Positions 28,205-41,091 of a stretch of 64,000 bases of DNA are shown piece after piece. Position numbers and translations under genes: made by a program. Source of the stretch: an uncultured Gemmatimonadales bacterium (lineage in GTDB: Bacteria; Gemmatimonadota; Gemmatimonadetes; Longimicrobiales; RSA9). The stretch lies in contig OY970192.1 in assembly GCA_963708135.1 (NCBI GenBank), forward strand, positions 3,904,001 to 3,968,000, given 5' to 3'. The notes below the pieces were generated by a model that had not been told where the DNA came from, did no database searches, and saw nothing but the letters and a program-made list of their open reading frames with translations. Positions within the stretch are counted from its first letter, which is position 1. The number at the start of each line of letters is the position of its first letter.

Positions 28205-31024
28205 ATGTCGGGAGGATTCTCGCGCCGTCGATTTCTCGTGCAGGCGGGGCAGCTGGGCTGCGCCCTGCCGCTCCTCGGATCGCCCGCCGCGCGCTGGATT
28301 CTGGAGTCGCGGGAAGGCGGCCTCGATCCGGTCGCCCATCCGCCAATGCCATCCTCCCTCTTCTCCGGGCTCCACTGGCGCATGCTCGGCCCGTTCCGGG
28401 GCGGACGCGTCGATGCGGTGAGCGGCGCGCCGGGTCGCCCGCACGAGTTCTACTTCGGGGCCGTGAATGGCGGCGTGTGGAAGACGATCGACGCGGGCCG
28501 GACCTGGCGGCCGGTGTTCGACGGCCAGCCGGTCGCGTCCATCGGCGCCCTCGCGGTGGCGCATTCGGCCCCCGACGTCGTCTACGTAGGGACGGGCGAA
28601 TCCACCCTGCGCGATTCGGCCGGCTACGGCAACGGCGTGTACCGCTCGTCGGACGCCGGCCGGAGCTGGACGCACATCGGTCTCGAGGACACGCAGCACA
28701 TCGGCAGGATCGCCGTCGATCCGCGCAACCCCGAGGTCGTGTTCGTCGCCGCCATCGGCCACCTGTACGCCGCGAACGAGCAGCGCGGCATCTTCCGCTC
28801 GCGGGACGGCGGACGCACCTGGCGGAAGGTCCTGTACCGGAACCCGGACGTCGGCGCCGTCGAGGTCGTCGTGGATCCGACGGACCCGAACGTGGTGTAC
28901 GCCGGGCTGTGGAACACGCGGCGGCCGCCGTGGTTCGTGTACGCGCCGAGCAACGGGCCGGGCGGCGGCATCTTCAAGTCGACCGATGCCGGCGACACGT
29001 GGCGCCAGTTGACGGGGGGACTGCCGCCGGAAGGGATCGGGCGCACCGGGATCGCGGTGTGTCCCAGCGAGCCGAGTCGGCTGTACGCGGTCGTCAACTG
29101 CCTCGTGCCGGAGCCCGGCGCCGCGGCACCGCCGGCCACGGCGCGGAACCGGTTCGGGCCACCGCAGGTGCCGATGCAGGGCGGGCTCTTCCGCTCGGAC
29201 GACGCCGGCGCGACCTGGCGGCGGCTCTCCTCGGATCAGGCGTTGTGGGGACGGGGGTGGTACTTCGAGAAGATCGCGGTGGACCCGCGGGACGCCGACG
29301 TCGTCTACGTGCCCAACGTCGCGGTCAACCGCTCGATGGACGGGGGGCAGACCTGGGATGTGCCGCGCGGCTCGCCAGGTGGCGACGACTACCACCAGAT
29401 GTGGATCTCGCCCGACGACCCGGGAACGATCATCGTGGCCAGCGACCAGGGCTGCATCATCACGCACGACGCGAAGGAAAAGGATGCGGCGGACGTGACC
29501 TGGACCTCGTGGCTCAACCAGCCGACCGCACAGATCTACCACGTGTCCATCGATCCCCGCTTCCCCTACTGGGTCACGGGCGCGCAGCAGGACAGCGGCG
29601 CGGTGGCGGTTCACTCGCGCGGCAAGTTCGCCGAGATCAGCATGCGCGACTGGGAGCCCATCGGCGCGGGCGGTGAGAGCGGCTACACCGCCGGCGACCC
29701 GCTGCATCCCGGGATCATCTACGGCGGCAGCGGCCAGCGCTACGACCTCGAGCTGAACCGCAGGATCCCCACGACTTCCCCGCAGGTGCCGGAGGGCGAG
29801 CACGCGCGCGCCGACTGGACCCAGCCGCTCGTGCTCTCGCAGGCCGATCCGCACGCGCTCTATTACGCCAACCAGTACCTGTTCCGGTCCCGCGACAAGG
29901 CCGCGACGTGGACGCGGATCAGCCCCGATCTGACCCGTCCGGACCCGGGCACGCCGCCTAACCTGGACGCCGCGGCCGCCGCCAATGTGGGCAACGACCG
30001 GCGCGGAGTGATCTACACGATCGCGCCCTCGCCCGTGCGGGCCCCGCTCATCTGGATCGGGACCGACGACGGCTGGATCCAGGTGAGCCCCGATGATGGG
30101 GCGACGTGGCACAACGTGACGCCCCCGGCGCTGACCTCGTGGAGCCGGATCACCATGATCGAGGCGTCGCACTTCGACGAGCGCACGGCGTACGCGAGCG
30201 TCGATCGGCACCAGCTCGAGGACTTCGGGCCCCACATCTACCGCACGCGCGACCTGGGCGGGAGCTGGCAGGAGATCACCAGCGGTCTGCCCGACGACGG
30301 CTACGTCCACACCATCAGGGAGGATCCCACCCACCGCGGCCTGCTGTTCGCGGGCACCGAACGGGGCGCCTTCATCTCCTTCGACGACGGCGGGAGCTGG
30401 CAGCCGCTGCAGCTGAACCTGCCCGTCACCTCGGTGCGCGACTTCGCCGTCTACGAAAACGATCTCGTCGTGGCCACCTTCGGCCGCGGGTTCTGGGTCA
30501 TCGACGGCATCGCGCCGCTGCGCCAGGCCGACGCGAGCATCGCGCGCGCCGACGCCTACCTGTTCCAGCCGCCGGACACCACGGTGCCGATCCAGGGCCG
30601 CGACGACGGGACTCCCCTGCAGAAGGGCGAGCCGCAGGCCGACAACCCGCCCGACGGCGTGGCGATCGACTACTTCCTGAGGGAGAACGCGACGTCGCCC
30701 GTCACCCTCGAAGTGCTCGACGACCACGCGACCGTCCTCGCGACCTTCTCCAGCGCCGCCCCGCCCCCGGCGCCGAGGCAGGGCGGGATCCCGAGAACCT
30801 CTCCCCAGTGGCGGCCGCCGCCGGCCCGCTTCGAGGCGACGGCCGGCGCCCACCGCGTCGTGTGGTTTCCCGCGCCGGCAGAACCGGCGGGCAGGAGCGG
30901 AGGCGTGTTCGGCGCGCCCCGCGTGCCCCTGACCGGCACGTTCACGGCGCGCCTCGCCGTGGCGGGGCGCAGCTACTCCCGCACCTTCCGGGTGCTGCCG
31001 GACCCGCGCAGGACGGACGGCTGA
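28205..31024 (+). CDS. Tat-exported VPS10/BNR-repeat beta-propeller (glycosyl hydrolase-like)
   Basis: SRRRFL Tat motif; WRMLGPFRGGR; many S.D.G.TW Asp-box repeats. Confidence 0.9.
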   Translation: MSGGFSRRRFLVQAGQLGCALPLLGSPAARWILESREGGLDPVAHPPMPSSLFSGLHWRMLGPFRGGRVDAVSGAPGRPHEFYFGAVNGGVWKTIDAGRTWRPVFDGQPVASIGALAVAHSAPDVVYVGTGESTLRDSAGYGNGVYRSSDAGRSWTHIGLEDTQHIGRIAVDPRNPEVVFVAAIGHLYAANEQRGIFRSRDGGRTWRKVLYRNPDVGAVEVVVDPTDPNVVYAGLWNTRRPPWFVYAPSNGPGGGIFKSTDAGDTWRQLTGGLPPEGIGRTGIAVCPSEPSRLYAVVNCLVPEPGAAAPPATARNRFGPPQVPMQGGLFRSDDAGATWRRLSSDQALWGRGWYFEKIAVDPRDADVVYVPNVAVNRSMDGGQTWDVPRGSPGGDDYHQMWISPDDPGTIIVASDQGCIITHDAKEKDAADVTWTSWLNQPTAQIYHVSIDPRFPYWVTGAQQDSGAVAVHSRGKFAEISMRDWEPIGAGGESGYTAGDPLHPGIIYGGSGQRYDLELNRRIPTTSPQVPEGEHARADWTQPLVLSQADPHALYYANQYLFRSRDKAATWTRISPDLTRPDPGTPPNLDAAAAANVGNDRRGVIYTIAPSPVRAPLIWIGTDDGWIQVSPDDGATWHNVTPPALTSWSRITMIEASHFDERTAYASVDRHQLEDFGPHIYRTRDLGGSWQEITSGLPDDGYVHTIREDPTHRGLLFAGTERGAFISFDDGGSWQPLQLNLPVTSVRDFAVYENDLVVATFGRGFWVIDGIAPLRQADASIARADAYLFQPPDTTVPIQGRDDGTPLQKGEPQADNPPDGVAIDYFLRENATSPVTLEVLDDHATVLATFSSAAPPPAPRQGGIPRTSPQWRPPPARFEATAGAHRVVWFPAPAEPAGRSGGVFGAPRVPLTGTFTARLAVAGRSYSRTFRVLPDPRRTDG

Positions 31025-31130
31025 GCTCAGCGCCGATCCCCCCATGCCGCCGGGAGGTGATGGAAAATCCGCCCCGTCCGTTGCAAACGGACGGGGCGGA
31101 TGGGACCAACGGCTCCATGGGACGGAGCGC

Positions 31131-31319
31131 CTACTTGGCGAGGTGGCCTTCCCCGCGCAGCAACTCCTTCAGCTTGCTCGGCCGGTCGCTCACGGCCGAC
31201 TTGATGATCGAGCGTGCGTACGTGATCCGCTCGTCATCGGAGAGCTCATCCACGACCGCGATGGGAGCGCCGAACCGCAGGAGCAGCCGCTTGGCGTCCT
31301 TGGCCACACTGTCGTCCAT
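31131..31319 (-). CDS. Small hypothetical protein (62 aa)
   Basis: AGGAGGA RBS, MDDSVAKDAKRLLLRFGAP...; good codon bias. Confidence 0.6.
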   Translation of the reverse strand: MDDSVAKDAKRLLLRFGAPIAVVDELSDDERITYARSIIKSAVSDRPSKLKELLRGEGHLAK

Positions 31320-31553
31320 CGGTCCTCCTCCTGTCGGGGAATCCTGATGTGGAAATTTACCAAGACGCCCGAACCGGGGCAAGCTCGACCCGGCCCGCTG
31401 ATTCCGCCGATCCCCTGATGCCGCCCGTCCCCACGCGACCCCACGCGGCGGGCCGGGGGCGGACGTGAATCGGGACCCTTCCACTGGCGGTCGCGGTATA
31501 GCATTGTTGTAGCGAGCCCGACGCAACGGGCTGCACCAGCTTCGGGAGGCGCC

Positions 31554-32333
31554 ATGTCCAGGATCATCCTGGCCGCCCCCATCCTTCTCTCCCTCGTCTT
31601 CCGTGCGGACACGCTCCACGCGCAGTCGGTCGCGGGCAAGGTGCTCGAGGCCGGCACAGAGCGCGCCGTGGTGGCCGCCGACGTGCGTCTGCTCGGCCCG
31701 CGGGACAAGGTGATGGCACGCACCTCGACCGACACCGCCGGCTACTTCGAGCTCGAGGCACGCTACGAGGGACGGTACCGGCTCCAGGTGGCCGCCCTCG
31801 GCTACGCGGAGGCGCGCTCGCGCGACTTCGCCCTCGGGGCCGGCGAGCTCGTCGAGGTCCGCTTCCTGGTCGATGCCGCCGCCCTCATGCTCGCGCCCCT
31901 CACGGTCACGGCGCGCTCGCATCCGCCGAGCCGGTACCTGGTCGATTCCGGGTTCTACGACCGCGAGAAGTCGGGCATCGGCACGTTCCTCACGCGCGAG
32001 GAGATCGTCGCATCCGCCGCGCGCCGCTTCACGGAGCTGCTGCACCGCCTGCCCGGCGTCCACCTCGACCCGGAGTGGAGCGACACGCGCCCGCGCATGA
32101 GCTTCGGCCGCTCCGCCGGCCGCTGTCAGCCCAAGCTCTTCCTCGACGGTGTACCGGCCGCCACCACCGTCCGGATGCGCGCCGGGCGCCTTGACCTCCC
32201 CCTCGACGACATCATCAGCGTGGACGACCTCGATGGCCTCGAGGTCTACAAGGGCGCCTCCGAGGTCCCCCTCGAGTTCGGCGGCGAGGCCGCCGGCTGC
32301 GGCGCCCTCGTGGTCTGGACCCGCCGCAGGTAG
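31554..32333 (+). CDS. Carboxypeptidase-regulatory-like domain plus TonB plug-like domain protein
   Basis: Signal peptide; TDTAGYF...GRYRLQVAALGY; GFYDR...G.G.FLTREEI; LEVYKG...P.EF...CGALVVWT. Confidence 0.8.
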   Translation: MSRIILAAPILLSLVFRADTLHAQSVAGKVLEAGTERAVVAADVRLLGPRDKVMARTSTDTAGYFELEARYEGRYRLQVAALGYAEARSRDFALGAGELVEVRFLVDAAALMLAPLTVTARSHPPSRYLVDSGFYDREKSGIGTFLTREEIVASAARRFTELLHRLPGVHLDPEWSDTRPRMSFGRSAGRCQPKLFLDGVPAATTVRMRAGRLDLPLDDIISVDDLDGLEVYKGASEVPLEFGGEAAGCGALVVWTRRR

Positions 32334-32484
32334 CATCCCCGGCGCCGGGACGCCGCCACTGCCCGCGACCGCGACGCCGCGACGAAGCCCACCCACTCTC
32401 CCACTCTCCCACTCCCCCGGTGCATCACTTGCATGCCCTCCGCCGCGACCTCACCAGGGGGCACGATTGGTCCTGAAGCACTTC

Positions 32485-33531
32485 ATGGAGCGCGAGGAAC
32501 GGCGGCGCAGGCGTGCGCTCCTGGCGCCTTCGCGACGCTGGCGTCTCGGCACGACGGGCCGGCTCGCGCTCGCGGCGCTCGCGCTGATCGCCCTCGCGTT
32601 CGCGGTGCTCGGGCGGCACGGCCCCGGCCGCGCCCAGCAGGCCGTGCTCTCGTACGCGAGGTCCGGGCATCGGCCGGCCCTGGATCTGGTACTGGCCGGC
32701 GCGCGCGCGCACCGCATCGTGGTCCTCGGGGGGGAGCCGGACGCGCCCGCGGCCCGTCGCTTCGCCGCCGAGGTGGTGCAGACGATGGCGAAGGGCCCGG
32801 GGCTCGACGTGCTCGCGGTGCCCGTGAGCGCGGACGCGCAGCCGGCGCTCGACCGGTTCGTGAACGCGCCCCGGGAGGACGCGGGCATCCTGCTCGCCGA
32901 TCCCGCGGCGCTCGGCGCTTCCACGGGCGGCAACGGTCTGCTGGACCTCTATCGCGCGGTACGGCGCCTGAACGACGAGCTCGGCGCCGATCGCCGGATC
33001 CGCATCCTCGCCGCCGACCTGCCCGCGTGGGCGGCCGGCCGGCCGCTCTCGCCCCATGCCGCGGTCCAGCTCTACGCCGAGCGCGACGCCTTCATGACCA
33101 ACCGCATCGAGGCCGACGTCTTCGAGCGCGAGCCGACCGCGCGCATCCTCGTCTTCGGCGACGGACTCCACGCGCTGCGCGGCTGGGCTACCGCGGCGAC
33201 CGGCGGCGGCCGGCCGCTGCCCTTCAACTGGCTGGCCGCCCACCTCGAGAAGCGACACCCGGGCGATGTGTTCTCGGTGCTGACGGACGCGCCGGAGGCG
33301 GCCGGCGCCGCTCCCCGCGTTGCGCGCTACCGGGGAACCCGCCTCTACCCGGTGCTGCGCGATGGCGGCGGCCTGCCGGCTTCGTTCGGGCTCTCCATCG
33401 ACGCCCACCTCGACGCACTCGAGCAGCCGATCCGGGTGGCCACCGCGGCCGGTGTGGAGCTGACCCTCCAGCCGCCGGATGCCCACCTCTCGCAGATGGC
33501 CGATGTCTACGTCTTCCTGGGCGGGCGCTGA
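32485..33531 (+). CDS. Hypothetical membrane-anchored protein
   Basis: One N-terminal TM, then a soluble domain (IVVLG, ERDAFM, ILVFG..H) loosely EreA/ChaN-like. Confidence 0.55.
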   Translation: MEREERRRRRALLAPSRRWRLGTTGRLALAALALIALAFAVLGRHGPGRAQQAVLSYARSGHRPALDLVLAGARAHRIVVLGGEPDAPAARRFAAEVVQTMAKGPGLDVLAVPVSADAQPALDRFVNAPREDAGILLADPAALGASTGGNGLLDLYRAVRRLNDELGADRRIRILAADLPAWAAGRPLSPHAAVQLYAERDAFMTNRIEADVFEREPTARILVFGDGLHALRGWATAATGGGRPLPFNWLAAHLEKRHPGDVFSVLTDAPEAAGAAPRVARYRGTRLYPVLRDGGGLPASFGLSIDAHLDALEQPIRVATAAGVELTLQPPDAHLSQMADVYVFLGGR

Positions 33532-33600
33532 CGGGTCTGCCTCTTGCACCCGCCCCCGGCCGCACGCCATCTCCATCCACCCGCGCAGCGGAGGACCCCG

Positions 33601-34116
33601 ATGGACGACGACGCGGAGCTCACCTTCACCGCGCTCCACTGGATGGCCGCCGGTCTCTTCCTCGCCGCGGGCGCCGGTGCCACCCTCGCGCGCCGGCCGG
33701 GCCGGCGCACCCTCGATGCGACGGCGCGCTGGGCCCCGCTCCTCGCCGCGCCGCTCGCCGGCGCCGCCCACGCCGCCCGCGCGCTACGCCCCACCTCCGC
33801 CACGCGGACCGTCGCTCGCGCGCTCGACGCCTCGGCCGTCGGGCTCGCGGCCAGCGGCATCGCATGGGGGCTCTATCGGGCGATCCCCGAAGAGCCCGGC
33901 CTCTGGCCGCGGCGGAGCCCCACGCCACTGCGCGCGCTGGCGGAGGCCGCCGCACCGCTGGCGTTCGGCGCCACGGGGGTGCTCGGGCTGCTGCTGGACA
34001 GGGAGGAGCGCGAGGAGGAGGCACTGCTGCGCCGCCTGGAGCGCCGCGCCAGGATGGTGGAGCGGCTGGTGCCGCGCCGCAGGCCGCGCCTGGACCACAT
34101 CGTGGTGCACGTCTGA
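33601..34116 (+). CDS. Hypothetical membrane protein
   Basis: GGAGG RBS; 3-4 hydrophobic segments. Confidence 0.55.
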   Translation: MDDDAELTFTALHWMAAGLFLAAGAGATLARRPGRRTLDATARWAPLLAAPLAGAAHAARALRPTSATRTVARALDASAVGLAASGIAWGLYRAIPEEPGLWPRRSPTPLRALAEAAAPLAFGATGVLGLLLDREEREEEALLRRLERRARMVERLVPRRRPRLDHIVVHV

Positions 34117-34117
34117 G

Positions 34118-34333
34118 ATGGCCACCCTCAAGCTGCGCATCACCGGGCTCGCGACCGCGCAGGACGAGGCCAACCTCGAGGCCGCGCTCCGGGCGGAGGC
34201 GGGGGTGTTCGGCGCCGCCGCCAGCCGGGGGAGCGGCTGCGCGGAGATCGACTACGAGGACGACGAGGTCGCCATCGAGCGCCTCATCGCCCTCGTCGAG
34301 CAGGCCGGCTTCGGCGCCCGGCTGGCCGGTTAG
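34118..34333 (+). CDS. HMA-like ferredoxin-fold protein lacking CxxC
   Basis: MATLKLRITGL...LEAALRAEAGV...AEIDYE...VEQAGF. Confidence 0.7.
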   Translation: MATLKLRITGLATAQDEANLEAALRAEAGVFGAAASRGSGCAEIDYEDDEVAIERLIALVEQAGFGARLAG

Positions 34334-34584
34334 CCGCCTTCGCCCGAACCGCCCCCGCGCCGGGCGGGGGGGACGTCCTGCACCCGCTCGACCTCCTCGA
34401 CCAGCTGGGCCATCAGCTTTTCCATCTGGTGCCGGTTCATCAGCGTGGCCAGGTGGCCGACCAGCCCTAGCGCCAGCGTGGCGCGATCCGGCACCGTCAG
34501 CCGCTCGCGCGCCTGGGCGAGGATCTCGCGGATCGCCGCGTGGTCCGTCGAGCCGGACTCGGTCGTCCGCGACGGCGCGGTCAC
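34330..34584 (-). CDS. Hypothetical protein downstream of copZ
   Basis: GTG overlaps the copZ stop (GTGA); helical sequence. Confidence 0.5.
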   Translation of the reverse strand: MTAPSRTTESGSTDHAAIREILAQARERLTVPDRATLALGLVGHLATLMNRHQMEKLMAQLVEEVERVQDVPPARRGGGSGEGG

Positions 34585-34796
34585 GCCGCCTCCTCCGCCG
34601 TGTAGCCCTCCTCCAGCACCGCGCCGACCAGCGCCCGCGTGTCTGCCCGGCTCTCGTCGTAGTCCACCACCGCCCGACCCTGCTCCAGGTCCACCCGCGC
34701 GTCCTGCACGCCCGGCACCCCCTCGAGCGCCTCGGTCACGGCCTTCACGCAGTGGCCGCACGTCATCCCGCCAATCTTCAGCGTCGTCGTCGTCAT
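34581..34796 (-). CDS. copZ: Copper chaperone
   Basis: GMTCGHCV HMA motif. Confidence 0.92.
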   Translation of the reverse strand: MTTTTLKIGGMTCGHCVKAVTEALEGVPGVQDARVDLEQGRAVVDYDESRADTRALVGAVLEEGYTAEEAA

Positions 34797-34839
34797 GGCT
34801 CCAGCTCCGTTGTGGTTCCGGGGGCAGCGGGGCTCCCGC

Positions 34840-34925
34840 CTACCTGCTCCCCCTGCCGAGGAAATACCAGTTCACCCACGCGATGGCGAGGATCCCCGCC
34901 GCCGTGACCAGCACCTGCGCGAGCG

Positions 34926-34929
<4 letters not shown>
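34840..34929 (-). CDS. 29-aa single-TM microprotein [29 protein letters not shown]
   Basis: ATG overlaps the copA stop (ATGA), preceded by AAGGAGG; below ORF-track cutoff. Confidence 0.6.
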
Positions 34930-37637
<2,708 letters not shown>

Positions 37638-37645
37638 CGCTCCCC

Positions 37646-37999
37646 CTACCTCGCGTGCTTGTACATCAGGTCCAGCACCTCCTGGTACGCCCGCTCCGCG
37701 GCCAGCGAGTCCCCGGACCGCAGCGCGTCCGTCACGCAGTGCTCCAGGTGGTTGCGCATCACCAGCTTGCCCACCGAGCGCAGCGCCTCGTGCACGGATG
37801 AGATCTGCATCAGGATGTCCGCGCAGTAGCGCCCGTCCTCCACCATCCGCGCCAGCCCGCGCACCTGCCCTTCGATCCGCCGCAGCCGCCTGAGCGCCTG
37901 CTCCTGCAGCGCAGGATCGACTCCGCCGGCCGCGTGTCCCGGCCCGACGTCGTCGCCCGGCTGCCCCATTGCCGGCGCACCACCGTTCGGCGCCTCCAT
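37646..37999 (-). CDS. csoR: CsoR/RcnR family metal-sensing repressor
   Basis: [11 protein letters not shown]...YCADILMQ...HLEHCV (C-H-C Cu ligands). Confidence 0.92.
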   Translation of the reverse strand: MEAPNGGAPAMGQPGDDVGPGHAAGGVDPALQEQALRRLRRIEGQVRGLARMVEDGRYCADILMQISSVHEALRSVGKLVMRNHLEHCVTDALRSGDSLAAERAYQEVLDLMYKHAR

Positions 38000-38002
38000 G
38001 GG

Positions 38003-38019
38003 ATACCCCCCTTCCCTAT
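38003..38019. promoter_or_regulatory. Putative CsoR operator (ATAC-C-tract-TAT)
   Basis: ATACCCCCCTTCCCTAT immediately upstream of csoR; resembles AT-flanked G/C-tract CsoR sites. Confidence 0.5.
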
Positions 38020-38082
38020 AGGTCCTCCCGCAGAATAGCGGACCGCGACGGACGCGTCAAGGCCGCCGCCCCGTGGCCTGGT

Positions 38083-38517
38083 CTAGGCCGGACCGAAGCT
38101 CTGGTCGATCGCCACCCGGATCTGCTCGAGGGTCTTGCCCTCCTTGTGGAGCTTGTAGGCCAGACGTGCCTCATCGAGGCAGATGTCGCAGCCGGCGGCG
38201 TGCTCGCTCTCGAAGCAAGTGAGCAGGGAGTAGTGGCCGAAGTTGTGCTCGCAGTAGCAGTAGCAGAACAGTCCGTCGAGCACCTCCGGGATCTCGCGCG
38301 CCATCTCGTACGTCTCGGCGATCCGGGGGTCGCCGGCGAAATCGCTGGCGGGCAGCACCTTCGCGGCCGTGACGCCGGGCCGCGGGGTCGGATGCTGCGC
38401 CTCGGCCGTCCCCGGCGAGACCAGCCGCCATCCGATGGCGAGGAGCAGCACGCCCAGGAGCACGAGGATGGGGGTTGGAACGGCCGGCTTCCGGCCGGCA
38501 CGGCGGTTTTGGGCCAT
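38083..38517 (-). CDS. PCYCGC/CYCXC-motif membrane-anchored protein
   Basis: N-terminal TM; LFCYCYCEHNFGHYSLLTCF...HAAGCDIC; AAGGAGG RBS. Confidence 0.85.
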   Translation of the reverse strand: MAQNRRAGRKPAVPTPILVLLGVLLLAIGWRLVSPGTAEAQHPTPRPGVTAAKVLPASDFAGDPRIAETYEMAREIPEVLDGLFCYCYCEHNFGHYSLLTCFESEHAAGCDICLDEARLAYKLHKEGKTLEQIRVAIDQSFGPA

Positions 38518-38690
38518 GGTTCTGGCCTCCTTTCCGTGGGATGAGTTGGGCGCTCGCGCGCCGGGTGGAAGCGTCCCGGCGCTCCCGCGCCCCAGGCCGA
38601 CTGAAATATCGGTTCCCCGCCTGCCCACCCGACAGTCGGGATTTCCCGACCATGAAGTGGGGAAACCCCCGCGTCCCCCCCCGGAGGCAC

Positions 38691-38768
38691 CCCTCCGCGC
38701 TTTCGCGAACCTCCCGCGCCTCCGCGAGAGAGAGTCCGACGACGAATCGTCCTCGCGCGAGGAAGCCC
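38691..38768. repeat. 78-bp dispersed repeat, copy 2
   Basis: 70/78 identical to 6085-6162. Confidence 0.85.
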
Positions 38769-38811
38769 GTCTGCCGCCTTCTGGCACGGAGCGTGAACCC
38801 TGCCCCGGGCG

Positions 38812-39825
38812 ATGTCAGGATCGAACGGGAACGAGGGATGGTGGCGCCGGGTCGGGTCGCCGGAGGAGGGCTTCCGGTACCTGCGGGTCCGGGGCGGCGA
38901 GCTGGCGTGGGAGGCGGGGCTCGAGCGGATCCGCTCGCTGGCGATACCTCCGGCCTGGAGTGACGTGCACATCGCGCCGACATCGAAGCGGAAGCTACAG
39001 GCGTGGGGGCGGGACCAGGCGGGGCGAAAGCAGTACATCTACAGCGCCGAGCACGTGGAGCGGCGGGACCGGCGGAAGTGGAACCGGGTGCTGGAGTACG
39101 CGCGCCATCTGCCGCAGCTGCGGGAGGCGACGAGCCGCGATCTGGAGCGGCCATCGCTCGACCGCCGCAAGGTGCTGGCGACGGTGGTGCGGCTGATCTC
39201 GCGCGCGTACTTCCGCGCGGGCAGCGAGCGCTACGCGGTGCGCAACCGCACCTTCGGCATCTGCACGCTCGGGAAGCGACACGTGGAGGTCCGCGGCGAG
39301 AACCTGGTCTTCACGTATGCGGGCAAGCAGAGCAAGGACCAGCGGCAGTTCGTGGCCGAGACGCCGCTGGTCGAGATCATCGAGGAGCTGATGGAGCTTC
39401 CCGGCGAGCGCCTCTTCCGCTATCGCGCGGAGGAGGGCGAGCTGCGCGACGTAACGGCGGCGCGGGTGAACCGCTACCTGAAGGAGATCCTCGGCGAGCG
39501 CTACACGTCGAAGGATCTGCGCACCTTCGGCGGCACCGTGCGCGCGGCCACGATCCTTGCCGACATCGGGCCCGCGGCCCGCAAGCGTGACGCGCACCGC
39601 AACGTCGTGCTGTGCTGCAAGCTGGTGGCGACGGACCTCGGCAACACGCCCTCCATCTGCCGGCAGGCCTACATCCACCCCGCCGTGCTGGAGGAGTACG
39701 AGGCGAACGGCCGCACCATCGAGGCGCTGATGCGCGGCGCGCCGCGGGCCGTTCCCGCCCGCGAGGCGGCGACGTACTATCCCGAGGAAGCTGCACTCAT
39801 GCGATTCCTGGAGCGGTACGGATGA
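38812..39825 (+). CDS. Bacterial DNA topoisomerase IB
   Basis: LAIPPAWSDV, GRDQAGRKQYIY, FRAGSERY, GK, SKDLRT, LGNTPSICRQAYIHP (catalytic Tyr). Confidence 0.92.
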   Translation: MSGSNGNEGWWRRVGSPEEGFRYLRVRGGELAWEAGLERIRSLAIPPAWSDVHIAPTSKRKLQAWGRDQAGRKQYIYSAEHVERRDRRKWNRVLEYARHLPQLREATSRDLERPSLDRRKVLATVVRLISRAYFRAGSERYAVRNRTFGICTLGKRHVEVRGENLVFTYAGKQSKDQRQFVAETPLVEIIEELMELPGERLFRYRAEEGELRDVTAARVNRYLKEILGERYTSKDLRTFGGTVRAATILADIGPAARKRDAHRNVVLCCKLVATDLGNTPSICRQAYIHPAVLEEYEANGRTIEALMRGAPRAVPAREAATYYPEEAALMRFLERYG

Positions 39826-41072
39826 GCGGAGGCGGGGTCGGCGGGCGGCGGAAGGACGAGCGCAGGCGCACGCGCCGCGCGTGGAGCCAGGTGGTCGCGG
39901 GCGGCGGGCGGCGGCTGCGCGGCATCTCGCGCGTGGTGCAGCGGGGGCTCCGCCGGATCACCGAGGCGCCTCTCATCCACGGCAACGCCGCCGAGCTGTT
40001 GGTGGACGCGCCCATTGTCTATCCGCGCATGCTCGAGATGATCGCGTCGGCCGAGCGCTCCGTCTGCTTCGAGAACTACATCGTCCACGGCGACGACAGC
40101 GGCGTCGCGTTCCTCGCCGCCCTCACCGAGCGCGCTGCCGCCGGCGTCGCCGTGCGCGTCGTCTACGACTGGTTCGGCTCCTTCGGCACCTCCCGCTCCT
40201 TCTGGAAGCCGCTCCGCTCGGCCGGAGGCGTGGTGCGCACCTTCGGCCCTCCCTCTCCACTCCGCCCGGGCACGTTCCTGCGTCGCGACCACCGCAAGCT
40301 CATGGTCGTCAACGGCAGGGCCGGTGTGGTCGGCGGGCTCTGCGTCGGCGACGAGTGGGTCAACGACCACGGCCTCGGCTGCTGGCGCGACACCGCCGTG
40401 CTCGTCGAGGGACCGGTCGGCCACGAGCTGGAGCGCGCCTTCGCCCGCATGTGGCGGCGCGCCGGCGGCGAGATGCCGGACCCATCCGATGCGCCGCCGG
40501 CGCGCGCGGGCAATGTGGCCGTGCGCGTCGTGGACGGGCCTCCCGCCCACGCCCGCGCCTACCGCCTCTACCAGCTGCTTGCCGCCCTCGCCGAGCGAAC
40601 GCTCTACGTCACCGGCGCCTATCCGCTGGCGCCCTCTTCGCTGCGGCGGGCGCTGGCTTCCGCCGCCCGCGCGGGCGTGGACGTCCGACTGCTCGTGCCG
40701 GACCGCTCCGATCTGCGGCTGCTGAACGGCGCCGCCCGCGCCCATTTCACCTCGCTGCTGCGCGCCGGCGTCCGCATCTATCTCTGGCGCGGCCCGATGC
40801 TGCACGCCAAGACGCTCGTCGTGGATGGCGCGCTCGGGCTCGTGGGCTCGAGCAACCTCAACCCGTTCAGCCTGATGGGCTGCTACGAGCTCGATCTCGA
40901 GCTGCAGGGGGTGGAGGTCGCGGGACAGCTGGAGGGACAGTTCCTTCGAGACCTCGACCGCGCCGAAGAGCTCACGCTCGAGGCGTGGCGCCACCGCACG
41001 ACCGGCGAGCGGCTGCGCGAGCGGCTCGGCGCCGCCGCCCTCTGGCTGCCCTACAAGCTCTACAGCGGCTGA
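39822..41072 (+). CDS. Cardiolipin synthase-like phospholipase D
   Basis: RDHRKLMVVNG and LHAKTLVVDG HKD motifs, WRDT, GSSN; ATGA overlap with TopIB. Confidence 0.88.
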   Translation: MSGGGVGGRRKDERRRTRRAWSQVVAGGGRRLRGISRVVQRGLRRITEAPLIHGNAAELLVDAPIVYPRMLEMIASAERSVCFENYIVHGDDSGVAFLAALTERAAAGVAVRVVYDWFGSFGTSRSFWKPLRSAGGVVRTFGPPSPLRPGTFLRRDHRKLMVVNGRAGVVGGLCVGDEWVNDHGLGCWRDTAVLVEGPVGHELERAFARMWRRAGGEMPDPSDAPPARAGNVAVRVVDGPPAHARAYRLYQLLAALAERTLYVTGAYPLAPSSLRRALASAARAGVDVRLLVPDRSDLRLLNGAARAHFTSLLRAGVRIYLWRGPMLHAKTLVVDGALGLVGSSNLNPFSLMGCYELDLELQGVEVAGQLEGQFLRDLDRAEELTLEAWRHRTTGERLRERLGAAALWLPYKLYSG

Positions 41073-41091
41073 AGCGACGCCGCCATGCACC

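Noticed and set aside
38636..38670. Palindrome GTCGGGATTTCCCGAC as an operator
   Set aside because: Single occurrence with no assignable regulator; insufficient support.
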